Made by a program: the position numbers and the translations under genes
In this document: piece by piece, positions 35,692 to 47,900 of the stretch
Layout of the letters: each line of letters starts with the position of its first letter
Numbering within the stretch: position 1 is the first letter of the stretch
Notes under the pieces: model-generated
Told to the model about the DNA's origin: nothing
What the model saw: the letters and a program-made list of their open reading frames with translations, nothing else
Databases searched by the model: none
Virus record (IMG/VR): IMGVR_UViG_3300042864_000169
Span: 1-61,032 of that record
Strand: one strand, 5' to 3'
DNA: 61,032 nucleotides
Source: a virus
Lineage: Duplodnaviria > Caudoviricetes

Positions 35692-37230
35692 ATGACACTA
35701 GAAGAACTTAAAAAGATGTACGGCGAAAAAGGCGCTACCACGCGCCGAGAAGAAGAAACCGAAGCCGGTACAAAGTATTACGATGAAGCTGTCCAATTAG
35801 GAGACGGATGGACAGCGTGGGAAAATCAACCTACAGAAATTATTGACTACATTGGTCAAGGCATGGATGCCACGCCTATCTATAAAGAAGTTGACCCAAC
35901 CAATAAACTTGGTGGTTTTCAGCGTTCTGAAGGCAATAAAAATTACATCTACGATACCACCGGCAAATTAATTCACGTTGAAAAACAAGCCACCGATTGG
36001 GACTATCTTGGCCCCATTATCATGGGCGCAGTGACTATGGGTGGTGGCGCAGGGGTTCTTGGCAATTCTTTGTTTGGTTTAACCGGTACGGCGGCGGCTG
36101 GTGCTGGCGGAGCTTTGGCTGGTGGCTTTAATGCCGCCATGACGGATCAAGACATCCTACAAGGCGCATTAAAGGGCGGTGTAAGCAGTGCTGGCGCTAT
36201 GAAATTAGGCGATACAGGCTTTACTCTTGGAGATGTAAACAAAGCCATTAACTTTGCGCAAAACCCTACATTAGCAGGGGCGGCTAATCTTGCCTCCCCT
36301 TATGTAACCACTAACTTTGATATTGGTGATACGGGCTTTACAACTAATGATGTGCTTAAAGGTTTAAACACTGTTCAAGCTTTGGGTAGTGGCGATAACA
36401 AAAGAATTTTTGACACCATTACAGGTTTAGCTAAAGGAACAGACTTTAGCAGTCTGACTGCAAGTGAACAGGCGGAACGTGATGCCAACCGAGAAACAGC
36501 ACGTTTAAACAGAATTGAAGACGCAGTTTTAAACCAACCTGCTTCCGACGATGGATCAACTCAAGGGATTGTTGATTTAATTAGCGAAATGTATCCATCC
36601 GCAGATATTAAAGGCATGTCGCAAGGCGACTTGGCTAAGTTTCTTGAAGCTAATATAGATGAAATCCAAGGCTCTGCGGATCTTGAAACTTTGCTTAGAG
36701 GTCAGGGTCAGTCAACCGCAGATGAAGGCACGGTAACTGTAACGGGCGAAAGACCTACAGGTCTTGGCGACTTTATGGTTCCCGGCACAAATACCCCTAG
36801 AGGTAATGTAATTCCCGCAGACACTCCTGAAGAATTGGTTATTACCGGAGATCGTCCTGCGCCATATGTTTCAGGACTTCGTACCAAAGAAATTAAATCT
36901 GATATTCCGGATCAACTTACAATTGGTGATATTGACAAGCTGTTTCCTAATTTAAACGTCAACGATATCTTGCAAACCGTTACGGTTCCCGGCGGTACAA
37001 AGACGGTTGTACCCACTAAAACAACCACACCGGGCACAACGACAACGCAGCAAGCTTTGTCAAATCTTGGTTTAAACGCCCCAATGCCTAGCCAAGATCC
37101 GTATGCCAATATAAAATTGATGGAAGAGTTGTTTGGTGGTGATACAGATTACAAACTAAGGTCGCTTGGAGCGCCTAAAAACTTAGCATCTGCTGATATA
37201 GATGCTCTTGCAAGAATGTTAAGGGGTTAA
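35692..37230 (+). CDS. probable internal virion/ejection protein
   Basis: Start at ATG 35692 behind GAGGA; Gly/Ala hydrophobic segment; between nozzle and pilot genes. Confidence 0.6.
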   Translation: MTLEELKKMYGEKGATTRREEETEAGTKYYDEAVQLGDGWTAWENQPTEIIDYIGQGMDATPIYKEVDPTNKLGGFQRSEGNKNYIYDTTGKLIHVEKQATDWDYLGPIIMGAVTMGGGAGVLGNSLFGLTGTAAAGAGGALAGGFNAAMTDQDILQGALKGGVSSAGAMKLGDTGFTLGDVNKAINFAQNPTLAGAANLASPYVTTNFDIGDTGFTTNDVLKGLNTVQALGSGDNKRIFDTITGLAKGTDFSSLTASEQAERDANRETARLNRIEDAVLNQPASDDGSTQGIVDLISEMYPSADIKGMSQGDLAKFLEANIDEIQGSADLETLLRGQGQSTADEGTVTVTGERPTGLGDFMVPGTNTPRGNVIPADTPEELVITGDRPAPYVSGLRTKEIKSDIPDQLTIGDIDKLFPNLNVNDILQTVTVPGGTKTVVPTKTTTPGTTTTQQALSNLGLNAPMPSQDPYANIKLMEELFGGDTDYKLRSLGAPKNLASADIDALARMLRG

Positions 37231-37232
37231 TT

Positions 37233-40151
37233 ATGTCTGTTGATTATGCCGATGGTAGCTATTTTGGTGGCGATGTTGCAACCCAAATTGACGAAAATGT
37301 ATTTAATCCGGGCGGAGAAACGCTGTCTCAAGCCGGTGGGGATGGTGCTTTCTTGGGTGAAGGTGTACGTAGCGGAATTGATAGCTGGGACAAAGCCTAC
37401 ACAGACGCAGGCGGTAAAATACCCTCTCGTTTTGGTTTGTCCGATCTAAAGCAATTTGCACTTGACAATAAATCATGGCTGGCAGGTGCAGGTGCTTTGG
37501 CAGGTATCTATGGTGGTGGTTCAAACGTAGATAAAAAGACAGGCTACCAAGGCGTTATTCCTACGCTATCTGCATCTCGTTCAATGATTGCCGCTCCTCC
37601 TACACGGGCACAAGGTTACCGTCCGGGCGCAGGCGGTATTGATTATGGTGGCGATGTAAGCTACAGGCTTGCTCCCGGCATGGATCCCTATGCCAATCTA
37701 TCTGGCACTTCAGGTTCTGCGGCTGGTGCTAACTTAACAACCCCCGGTAGTTCAATTGTCACACCCGCTGGTACAACCCCGGGCGGCACAAAAGTAGTAA
37801 CGCCCATTACAACCACCCCCGGAGGCACAAAAGTAGTAACGCCAATCACTACCACTCCCGGCGGTACTGACACCACCAAAACCAATGTAGCTTCCAAAGG
37901 GTATCAGGACGCTATAAAAGCTGGTTTAACCCCAACTCAATATTACGGAAACATTAACCAGTGGCTTATTGATAATCCCCGTGCAAGTCGCTCTCAGATT
38001 GATGCCGTCATGGCTCAAGTTGGTGTAAGTAAAGAAGACTTGCAAAAAGCTTTAGGTACTTCAGGATTTTCAGACTTTACTAAATACGGATTGACTCAAG
38101 GCCAAGGTTTACAAGAGTTAAACTTTAAAATTTCTGATTGGGTTGAAAAGAATCCATTTGCGACAGGCGCAGAAATTAAAGAAATAATGAAAGCCGCAGG
38201 GGTTAATCAGGAAGATGTTGCCCGTGGCATAAACGCATTGTCAGCTTCTGCGGGTAAAGAGGCCGCAATTGTTGGCGGCATGGGCTTAGATCAGTTGTAT
38301 AAGAACATCTTAGACTATCAATCTAAACCCCGTACACCCGAAGAAATTGCCGCCGCCTTAGCGGCTACAGGGCTTGAGCAACGCGACCTTAATGCCGCTC
38401 AAAGATACGCAAAAGAAAAAGGTTATGTTGGCAACCCCAAGTCTGAGGCGGCAAACTTTGATTATCTTGCGAACACTAAAGCCGCAGATACTACAGCCGC
38501 TAATACTTCAGTAGCAGATACATTAGCCGCAGTTGAATCCAGTGCAGGCATTCCAGTAATTCAACAGCCTGTTGTTCAAGAAGCAGTAGTTCAAACACCT
38601 GTTGTCCAAGAGGCGGTTGTTCAGCAACCGACTACTGCAACAGACAACACAAACGACATTTACAGGTACTTTGCGGATCCATCAACCCAAGCTATGCTTG
38701 CCGCAGGAGATGTTCAATCTATTGCAGAAACCATGCAGGCACTAGGATGGTCACCCGCAGAAGTTGCGGCGGCTACAAATTCAAACCCTGCTGAAGTTCA
38801 GGCCGCATATGATGCCGCTTTAGGCATAGGACAACAAGATAGCTATTTGTATGCGGCTACAGGTGGTTATTTAGGATACGCCGACGGTGGAGAAATTGCT
38901 ATGGCTAAAGGCCGTTACCTTCAAGGTGAAACAGATGGCATGGCAGACAAACTCCCAGCTAGGATTGGTCGTAATCAGCCAGCCGCTTTGAGCCACGGTG
39001 AGTTTGTTATCCCTGCGGATGTTGTGTCTCATATGGGTAACGGCAATTCTGATGCTGGTGCTAAAAAGCTTTATCAAATGATGGACAAAATTCGTATGGC
39101 ACGTACAGGCAACAAAAAACAAGGCAAGAAGATTAATCCCGATAAGTTTATGCCGGGTGGTTTGGCTCAGGCTTATGCATCGGGAGGTGAGGTTCAAAAG
39201 TTTACTACCGGTGGAACAGCGGCTGATAAAAACTACGCAGCAGGCATTCAGGGTATTGAATCCAACCTCTCTAATTGGGCAGGCCCATATGTAACCAACA
39301 TGCTTGGTCAAGGTCAAGCTTTGGCTAACATGCCATATCAGGCATACATGGGTCAATTGACTGCGGGTGAGTCTCCTTTGCAGACAGGTGCATTTAATAC
39401 TGCCGCAAATTTACAGACACCATCTAGCATTGGTACTGCCGCCACAACCGCAGGCAACATTGCTACTGCCGCTCAAGGCTTAAAGTACACGCCCACGACA
39501 TCCTCGTTTGATACTGCGCAAATGCAGAACTACATGAACCCATATTTAAAGGGTGCATTAGAGCCGCAGTTAGAAGAGGCTCGTCGTCAGTCGCAAATTA
39601 CTCAAACTCAAAACGCAGGTAAGATGACGCAAGCTGGCGCATTTGGTGGTGGTCGTCAAGCTATCCTTGACGCAGAAACACAGCGTAATCTTGCTTCCAC
39701 ACAGGCAAATATCACAGGTCAAGGCTATAGCACTGCGTATGACAAAGCTATGGCTCAGTTCAATGCTGATCAGCAACGCAAGATGCAAGAAGCTCAGTAT
39801 GGCGCAGGTTACGGATTGCAAGGACTACAGACAGGTTTGCAAGCCGCTCAGGCTCAAGGCGGTCTTGGCGCTACACAATCTTCCACAGGCTTGGCTAACT
39901 TGTCTCAACAGCTTGCCGCTGGCGCTCAACAACGTGGCATTGAGTCTGAAGGTATTGCCGCAGACAAAGCACAGTTTGAAGAAGCCCGTGCTAACCCATA
40001 TAAGATGGTTCAGTATCAACAGTCTTTGTTGCAGGGCTTACCATTAGCGGCTCAGAGCTACCAAGGTATTGATCCCAGCACCCTGACCAAGGCTGCTCAA
40101 GGCGCAACCTCCGTAAATCAATTGTTGAAGAATCTTGGACTTATTTCTTAA
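37233..40151 (+). CDS. DNA ejection/pilot protein (apparent fusion of two modules)
   Basis: GETDGMADKLPA..LSHGEFVIPADVVS; YMNPY..AGAFGGGRQ; TTPGGTKVVTPI repeats. Confidence 0.7.
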   Translation: MSVDYADGSYFGGDVATQIDENVFNPGGETLSQAGGDGAFLGEGVRSGIDSWDKAYTDAGGKIPSRFGLSDLKQFALDNKSWLAGAGALAGIYGGGSNVDKKTGYQGVIPTLSASRSMIAAPPTRAQGYRPGAGGIDYGGDVSYRLAPGMDPYANLSGTSGSAAGANLTTPGSSIVTPAGTTPGGTKVVTPITTTPGGTKVVTPITTTPGGTDTTKTNVASKGYQDAIKAGLTPTQYYGNINQWLIDNPRASRSQIDAVMAQVGVSKEDLQKALGTSGFSDFTKYGLTQGQGLQELNFKISDWVEKNPFATGAEIKEIMKAAGVNQEDVARGINALSASAGKEAAIVGGMGLDQLYKNILDYQSKPRTPEEIAAALAATGLEQRDLNAAQRYAKEKGYVGNPKSEAANFDYLANTKAADTTAANTSVADTLAAVESSAGIPVIQQPVVQEAVVQTPVVQEAVVQQPTTATDNTNDIYRYFADPSTQAMLAAGDVQSIAETMQALGWSPAEVAAATNSNPAEVQAAYDAALGIGQQDSYLYAATGGYLGYADGGEIAMAKGRYLQGETDGMADKLPARIGRNQPAALSHGEFVIPADVVSHMGNGNSDAGAKKLYQMMDKIRMARTGNKKQGKKINPDKFMPGGLAQAYASGGEVQKFTTGGTAADKNYAAGIQGIESNLSNWAGPYVTNMLGQGQALANMPYQAYMGQLTAGESPLQTGAFNTAANLQTPSSIGTAATTAGNIATAAQGLKYTPTTSSFDTAQMQNYMNPYLKGALEPQLEEARRQSQITQTQNAGKMTQAGAFGGGRQAILDAETQRNLASTQANITGQGYSTAYDKAMAQFNADQQRKMQEAQYGAGYGLQGLQTGLQAAQAQGGLGATQSSTGLANLSQQLAAGAQQRGIESEGIAADKAQFEEARANPYKMVQYQQSLLQGLPLAAQSYQGIDPSTLTKAAQGATSVNQLLKNLGLIS

Positions 40152-40161
40152 GGACATCTAA

Positions 40162-41991
40162 ATGTTTACACAACCGTCCCCTGAAAAAATTGCTTCAGCA
40201 TATGTGGGCAACCCTGCGCCGTTAGCACGTAAAGTTGATCAAGATAAAAAGCAGAATGGCGGGATCCCTAGGGATCTGCGTCAGTTGATAGCTTTAAACG
40301 ACATTGCTCAGGGCAAACAATCCGCTGGGATTGACCAAGCGTTAAAGATCCCAACCAACATGCCTACTGTGGCACAGAACACTCAGCAACTAGCAGAGCA
40401 AGCTTTGCAGGCTCGTATGCTTCAGCAAGTTCGTGAGCAACAGCGTTTACAGCAAAAACCTCCTACGTTACCTCTAGGCACACCACAGCCTGAAGAACAA
40501 CCTCAAGGTCTTGATGCCTTACGCGCCAACATAGGCGAAGGCTATGCCGAAGGCGGCATTATTGGTTTTGATGGTACAAAAACTTCTTCCGTGCAAGACC
40601 CAGAAGAGAAAAAAGAAGAAAAGGCAACCTCTGCCGCCGGTGATTTTATGCGGGCAATTGCAAATGCTATAAGTAGTGGTGTTCAACGCACCGCAGATTA
40701 CGGAAAATTAAAATCTGAAAAAGAAGCCGCAGCCCCCGGATTTTTTGAATCATTAACACCAACACAACGTACCGAACGTTTAAAGCAGTTTGCTTTATTA
40801 AAATCACAGGAGGGTCAAGTGGCTGATAGCGGAGAAATTACGCCAACATACCCCAAAGCAGGCACACCTACGTTTAAAACATATGCTGCTGATTCACGTC
40901 CTAATGCCGCCGAAGAAGCTCTAGCCGCAGAAACTAGCAAGCTGTTCAATCTTGCCGCTGCGCCTAGTGCAGAAGCAGTTGCGCCTACTAAAGTTTCAGC
41001 GCCTAGGCCATCTACAACACAAGGGACGCAAGGAACTAACCGTGTAAACGTAGACAGTGCGCCTATGCCTGCTGGTTTGCAAGGTTTGGCTTCTTCACTC
41101 GCCACTCCCGGCTTGGACTATCAGCGTAAACTACTCAACCAAGATGAGAACGCAATAGCCGCAGCTAAGAGAGCTTTGTACGACAAAGAGGTTGGCGCTC
41201 GTGATCTATCCATTTATGACCGCACAGCCGCAGAACTTGAAGCACGTAAGCAGAAGTTGAATGCTCCTAAAGCGGGTTATGACGCAATGATGGAGTACTT
41301 AGAGCAGATTGCCCTAGGTGGTGGACGTACATCTGCTGAATCAGGATCTATTGGCGCTGCCCGTCAAAGAGCGTTACAAAAAGAACGTCTTTCTCAACAA
41401 GATATTCTTATGGACAAGATCCTTGAGTTGGGCGCTAAGAAGTCTGAAGCTCAGTTTGCTGAGAAGAAGGGCATGTTTGAACTTACACAAGCTGAAAAAG
41501 ATCGTGTCATCAAAGAGAAGTCAGACGCTGCCAAACAGCTTGGTTTGTCTGAGGATGAAACTCGGAAGTTGATTGAACAAGGTTTGCAAAAAGAACTTGA
41601 TCGCAAGAATGAACTGAAAAAAGCCGGTATTAGCGCATCTGCCGCTAATCGTGATGATTTGCTTGGACGTGCCCTTCTTATTAAGAAGGACAACCCAACA
41701 ATATCAATGGAAGAGGCAATTAAACGTGCCTCTGTTGCTACATACGCAGGTCAGTTAACCGCTGCTGAAGGCAAGTCTGACACCGCCAGAGATCAACGTA
41801 TTGCCAAAATTCGTGAGAACTATGGCAAAACAATGAAGTTCTTAAGCCCTAACTCTCCTTTGTATAAACGCCAACAAGCACTGATGGATCAAGAGATTGC
41901 TGACGAACGTGGTACGCCGGGTTTAAACGCATTGCCCGGCGCATCGTCATCTGGTACAGTGCCTCCACCCCCCGGATTTAGATTGAACTAA
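40162..41991 (+). CDS. internal virion/ejection protein
   Basis: Helical, YAEGGIIGF motif; precedes the giant gene. Confidence 0.6.
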   Translation: MFTQPSPEKIASAYVGNPAPLARKVDQDKKQNGGIPRDLRQLIALNDIAQGKQSAGIDQALKIPTNMPTVAQNTQQLAEQALQARMLQQVREQQRLQQKPPTLPLGTPQPEEQPQGLDALRANIGEGYAEGGIIGFDGTKTSSVQDPEEKKEEKATSAAGDFMRAIANAISSGVQRTADYGKLKSEKEAAAPGFFESLTPTQRTERLKQFALLKSQEGQVADSGEITPTYPKAGTPTFKTYAADSRPNAAEEALAAETSKLFNLAAAPSAEAVAPTKVSAPRPSTTQGTQGTNRVNVDSAPMPAGLQGLASSLATPGLDYQRKLLNQDENAIAAAKRALYDKEVGARDLSIYDRTAAELEARKQKLNAPKAGYDAMMEYLEQIALGGGRTSAESGSIGAARQRALQKERLSQQDILMDKILELGAKKSEAQFAEKKGMFELTQAEKDRVIKEKSDAAKQLGLSEDETRKLIEQGLQKELDRKNELKKAGISASAANRDDLLGRALLIKKDNPTISMEEAIKRASVATYAGQLTAAEGKSDTARDQRIAKIRENYGKTMKFLSPNSPLYKRQQALMDQEIADERGTPGLNALPGASSSGTVPPPPGFRLN

Positions 41992-41993
41992 GT

Positions 41994-44900
41994 ATGGCAC
42001 TACAGACTGCTACCAACCCAAGTACAGGTGAAACAGTTGCATTGGTTGGCAATCAGTGGTTGCCAATTACCAAAACAGCTTCTAACGATCAAGGGCAGAA
42101 AGCCTATCTAGTCAATAACCAATGGTTAGTTGATCAAGAAGAAGAGAAGAAAAAAACCGCTGGTTTCTCCCTCAAAGATCTAGCCTTGTCTTTTGGACAG
42201 GGTGTAGGCGGTGGTACGCAAGCACTTACTGACATAGCTGGTGCTGGTAACGTTGTCTCCAAAGGCTTAACGGGTCTTCAAGAAGCCGCTGGTGAGGCTA
42301 TGTCTCCTGAGCGTCAGGCTGAGATCCGTCGCCGTCAAGAGATTAAGAAGAAGGCTGAAGGCAATACACTAGAAGAGGTTAAAGCTGTTCTCGGTGGCTT
42401 TGCTGAAGCTCCTTTACAGACCCTTGCACAGGGTGCTGGCTCAATAGTTCCAATGGTTCTTGGAACTGCGTTAATGCCTGCCGCCGCTGTACCTGCCGCA
42501 GTTGCTAGATTAACTGCGATGGGTGTATCTGCTGGCACTGCCGCCAAAGTTGCCTCTTCTCTCCCCGCAGCTACTGTCGGTGCAATGATGGGCGTTGGCG
42601 GTCAAAAGGGCCAAGACTACGAGACAGTCAAGCGTGAGTTACTTGAGAAAAAGATACCTGAAGCAGAAGCAGAACGCTTGGCTCAAAAAGCCGCAGAGTA
42701 TTCTTTAGAGAACGTACCACGTCAACTTGCAAGCGGTGCGGCTGGCGCTCTTGCTGGTGGACTAGGCGTTGAATCGCTTGTTGGTCGTATAGGCAAGAAA
42801 CTACCTGAAGTCAAAGGCCCATCACTAAAGTTGCCTGAGCCAACAGTGGCACAAGCTATTGGCAGAAGTACAGCAGCCGAGGCTTTACCTGAAGGTCTTC
42901 AGTCTGCGGTTAGCACTGTCGGTACAAACGTTGCGCTTAACCAAGCTGGCGTTGAGAGAGATCTAACCCAAGGTGTATTGGCTAACGCTATAAATGACGC
43001 ATTAGTCGGTGGCATATTGGGTGCTGGAGCTTCTCCTCTCAAGTTAAAAGAGATGCGTCAGCAGTACGTGCAGGATGAATTTAAAGGCCAGCAGGAATAC
43101 CAGAAGCAACAGCAAGAAGAGATTGCAGCTAACCAAAAGAAGATTAAAGATGAACTGAGCATGACCCAGAACCCACTGGGCATGTTAACTATTGACGATC
43201 TTGGCGCGGATCTATTTAAGGTTGTTCAGCAAAATCGTGCTGATACAGGTAAGCCAGCACTCACTTCTTTTAGTTTAGATGATGTGGTTGATGCGCTGCC
43301 GGGCAAAGATAAAGCAGCAGAGTCTGCAAGTTTAAACGCAATAATCGCAGCCAAGACCGGTTACACCAACGAGGTTTACACGCCTGCGCAAGTTATTGAA
43401 GCTGCTCAAGCCAAGAACGTTGAAACAGGAACTCAAGGTTTCTCTGACTTTCTTTCTAGGACAACTGGTCTCAGTGATCCTGCTCAGATGTCTCAGCCCC
43501 AACTCCATGCGGCTGTCACTGCGCTTGGAAAGCTACCCGGGTTCACATCAACACAGTCGCTGCCAGAAGGTTTAAACGCTACCAACTACACGCCGGATCA
43601 GTTTACTCAAGCCATTGACAGTTTAAACACGCAGATGGATGTGTTGGGTAAAGATGAGCTAACGTTTAAAGAAACAACTAATGCAATAGAGACAGCCACG
43701 GGACTCAAAGGTTCTGCTGTCAATGCTTTGATTAATGATGCCGCTCGCAAGGGTGATGTTGTTACCGAAAACAAGAAAGTTAGTGTTCCCTCACGTACCA
43801 CACCTACTGGATACGGCATTTCTGAAGAGGTTGGCGCTGAACAAGAGCAGGCTACCTCCTACGAAGTTAGACGTGGCGATGAGATTCTGGACGAGCATAA
43901 AACTAAAGAATCTGCTGACCAGCAGGTTGAAGGTTTAAACAAGCTGACCGCAGAAGAGATTAAAAACATTGATGAATCTCTTAAGACGGAAGAAGCCAAG
44001 ATAAGTAAGGCCGAGAAGGAAGTCCAGAGACTTATCCTTGCAGGCAACCGCAGTACTCCAGAATTTAAGACTGCACAGGATGCTTACGAAAAGGCGACTG
44101 ATGAAGCATTCCCCCGTATTGCCGAGTTGAAGGCTAGGAAAGAGTCTTATCAGACTCCTTTAACCGTTGCTCCTATTGGCGTTACAAAAGTTAAGCCAAA
44201 GTCTTATGTAGTACGTAAAGGCGAAGGCATCCAAACCGTCAAGCAGACCCGTGAAGAAGCTGAACAGGCTATCTTTGAGGATCTATCTGACGCAGATCTT
44301 CAAAAGCTATCCAAGAAGCGTTCGCCCGCGTTGCAGAAGCGTGTAAACGCAGAGATCCAGCGTCGTGCTGCTGCGCCAACAAAAGCGGCTCCTGCGACAG
44401 CGGCAACGCCTGAGCAACAAGCTAAGTTAGACAAGCTTAAAAAAGACTTGCCAGCCATGCTGGAGCGGTTTGGCCTGAAGGATGTTGGCCTCAAGATTGT
44501 TGATGCCATTGAGGGTGGTGCTGAAGGTTCTTATGCCGCCAAGGTAATTGAGATTGCTCTGGACGCAGTTAATCCTGTGCAGACCCTGCGCCATGAAGCT
44601 ATTCATGCCTTGAAAGAACTGGGTTTCTTTACCCCCCAACAATGGGCGGCATTAGAGCGTCAGGCTAAGAACGAGTGGGTACAGAAGTATCTTAAGGATA
44701 GAAATTACCGCACAGATGACGGCAAGACTATGAGCCGTTACGAGGCTTATAAGACCCCCGGAATTGCCAGTAAAGATGGCTTGACCGAAGAAGACATTAT
44801 TGAAGAAGCCATTGCCGATGCATTTGGTGACTTTGATGCAACCAAAGCACCTCCGGGAATGCTGACTGCGTTGTTGAACAAGTTGCGTAACTTCTTCTCT

Positions 44901-47900
44901 GCGCTGCGTAGTTATTTAAACGGTCAAGGCTTCCAAACCTACAAGGATGTGTTTGCCAAGATTGAAGCGGGTGAACTTAAGGGTACTACTCCCGCCACTA
45001 CTGGCGAGGCTAAGAAAGCCCTCAAGACCGAGAAGTACGGGATGCTTAACCCCGCCATACAACCCAAGTATGAAAAGGTTTTGAACGACATCATTGATGA
45101 GATGGAAGTAACTCCTGAAGAGCTTGCTTCTACATCTTTGCTTTATCAAACTGGTAAAGCTGGTATTGAGCAGTTTGAAGGCCCAGATATTGGTAGGTTA
45201 CCTGCTGTTGTTCAACATCTACAAGACTTACGTCGTCAGTCGGGTCTGCCTTTACTTGACACAGAAAAGCCGGAAGACCGAAAGACTCTTGCTAGATTGA
45301 TGACAATTGAGGCTATGGCGGCTATCCGTTCTGGTGGCGCTAACCTTGAGTGGTATGACTCGGTCATTAACAAGACGTTGGGTATGGCTGGGCTTAAGTA
45401 CGCAGAACTCAATACAGATCCAAATGCTCGATCAGCCTTCCGGGTTGGAATGGCTATCACCTCTCAAGGTTTAAACGTTGAAGACAATCTTGCGTTTGCC
45501 ATGAAGGTTTATGACTCCTTCAGAATCAACCAGCGTTTCCCAGAAATAGGTCAAGGCGCTGACCAAGGTGCAATGGTAAGCAACTTCAAGTTGGCTAATG
45601 CATTACTTTCCGACATGGGGCCAGACCTGATGCGTCAGTTCCTTGAGACAGAGTTTACTGTTGATGAAATGCGCAGTGCTGGTTTTGACATCAAGGGTGA
45701 GTTAAAAGATGAGAAAGTTCTAGGTTCTTCCGTTTTTGGGCCAAAGATCGGATTTGGCTTCTACTCCAATTTAAACGGTAACTTTGAGCCAACAACAATG
45801 GACATGTGGTTCATGCGAACCATTGGTCGTTTAACTGGCAAGCTAAAGGACTTTGATCCTGAGCTTTACAAAGAACAGCTTGGTAAGTTTAGAAATGCTT
45901 TAAACGTCAAAGGCGACAATGGTGTCTTTGCCAATCAGTTTAATGAGGCAGACGTAGAGGCCGCAAAAACTGATGATGATGCCGCTGAAGCCTTGGCACG
46001 TAAAGTTAAGAGTGCGCATGAGCGTGACTACAAAAACAATCGCGCTGATTACAACAACAAAACAAGAGAGAAATCTAAGTTAGTTGGTGCGGCAGAGTCA
46101 ATGATTAACTCATTGGACAAGCCTAGAGATGCGCCAGCCAGTGGCTCAGAACGCAGAAACTTGCGTGATGTTGTCCGTCAAATGGTGGACATGGTTGAGA
46201 AGAAATACGGTAAGCGAGTACCGCCTGCTTCTTTGCAAGCGGCTATTTGGTATCCTGAACAAGAGTTGTACAAGGCTCTTGGTGTAAGACTGCGTGTAAC
46301 AAGTCAGAGCTACGCAGGAGCAATGGAAAAGATTCTCACGAAGGAGGGATACAATGCAGGACAACTTAGCACAGCAGCAAAATCTGGATCAAGAACAACA
46401 CAACGATTGGCTAATGCGCCAGTCGCCAAAAGAACTCAAGCAACTGGCACACAACCTTACAGAATTGGCCCGCTTGAAGCTCAACAACGGGAAGAGTTCC
46501 TTGAAAAGTACAGAACAAAAGCAGTAATTGAGCAAGAGCGTGAAACGCCACGCCGTAAGAAAGTTGTTTTTGAGGTTGCGCCAGACCCTAATAATGTTGA
46601 ACTAAGCAACCGGTGGAGAAACTTAGATCAAGTTACCCGTTTAAACATCAGTGAAAAAATAGCTCGTAGTATTGTTCGCAAGGCTATGGCTGACTTTGAT
46701 GTGGATGGCTACATCGCTCCGCAAGTTGGTAGTTATATGGATGACACCAACCCATCGTTTGCTTTGTTCCTTAACTCTGGTGACTCTGTAGAGATCTCTA
46801 AATTCATTGGCTACGCCTTGTCGCAAGACAGCATGATGGTTATTTCGCCTAAGCCAGCAAAAGGCTTGGACAAAGTCAGCGCCATCACTGTTGATTTAAA
46901 CACGCAGGATCCAGCCAAGATTGACAAGATCTATCAAGAACTGCGCAAGATTAAGGTTGACGGGGAAACGCCTATTGGTGGTCAGACCACCATGAACGGC
47001 AAGATGATTCTGTTGAATTATTCCAACGTTGACTCTAATGAGTTGGCATCATTGATTGATGATCAACTAAAGGGTGATTACAATATTTCCGTTGGAGATG
47101 TTTATTCCGCATTCCCTGAAAAAGAAAGTTACAACTATGCCAATCCGTCAGATGACCCCAGAGGAGAAAGAGGAACTATTCGGGAACGGAGTCGTTCTCT
47201 TCGGGATGAAGCCACTCGACAACTCCAAGCAGAACTCGGAGAACCCGCCGCCCAAAGAGGAAGAAGAAAGCTAAGTCTTCCGCTTGAAACTGAGGCCGCA
47301 AAGAAGTCTGAGAATCTGCGTGGGATCATTAGTGATGAGACCCTCTACAAAGTCCAAGAGGTTCTCAATACATACACTGAGAAGCCTAAGAATGTAAGCG
47401 TTACGCCTGAGCAACGTGCTAAGGCTGAACAAGCATTACTGCCTTATGTCAACAAGGCAAAAGCAATTAAGCCTAAGTTTGATCAGCAGATCAGAGACAT
47501 CGCCGCTGAGGTTGATGGCGAGGCACGTATCCCCGGACTTAAAGGCTTGGGAAGAGCCGCAGAGAAGCTTATTCTTGAGACTGATGACGGTATGGCTGGT
47601 AACCCCAAAGGTTCCGACATCATGGACTTGCTCCGTGCAACCATTGTCGTTAACAGCGAGAGTCAGATTCAACCTACGCTTGAGTTAATTAAGAAGAAGT
47701 TCCCGCAAGTTCTGCGTGTAAAGGATCGCTTTACAAAACCACAGGACACAGGCTATCGGGACATTTTGATGAACGTCAAGTTACCTAACGGTCTTGCTGT
47801 TGAGATTCAGTTAAACATCCCTGAGATGATCAAGGCTAAGACTAGCGGTCATGTGCTTTATGCAATGAGCCGTAACTTGGTTGATGGTGATCCAAAGAAG

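Noticed and set aside
37770-37870. Tandem 36-bp repeats (TTPGGTKVVTPI) in the pilot protein
   Set aside because: Ordinary in-frame low-complexity linker expansion.
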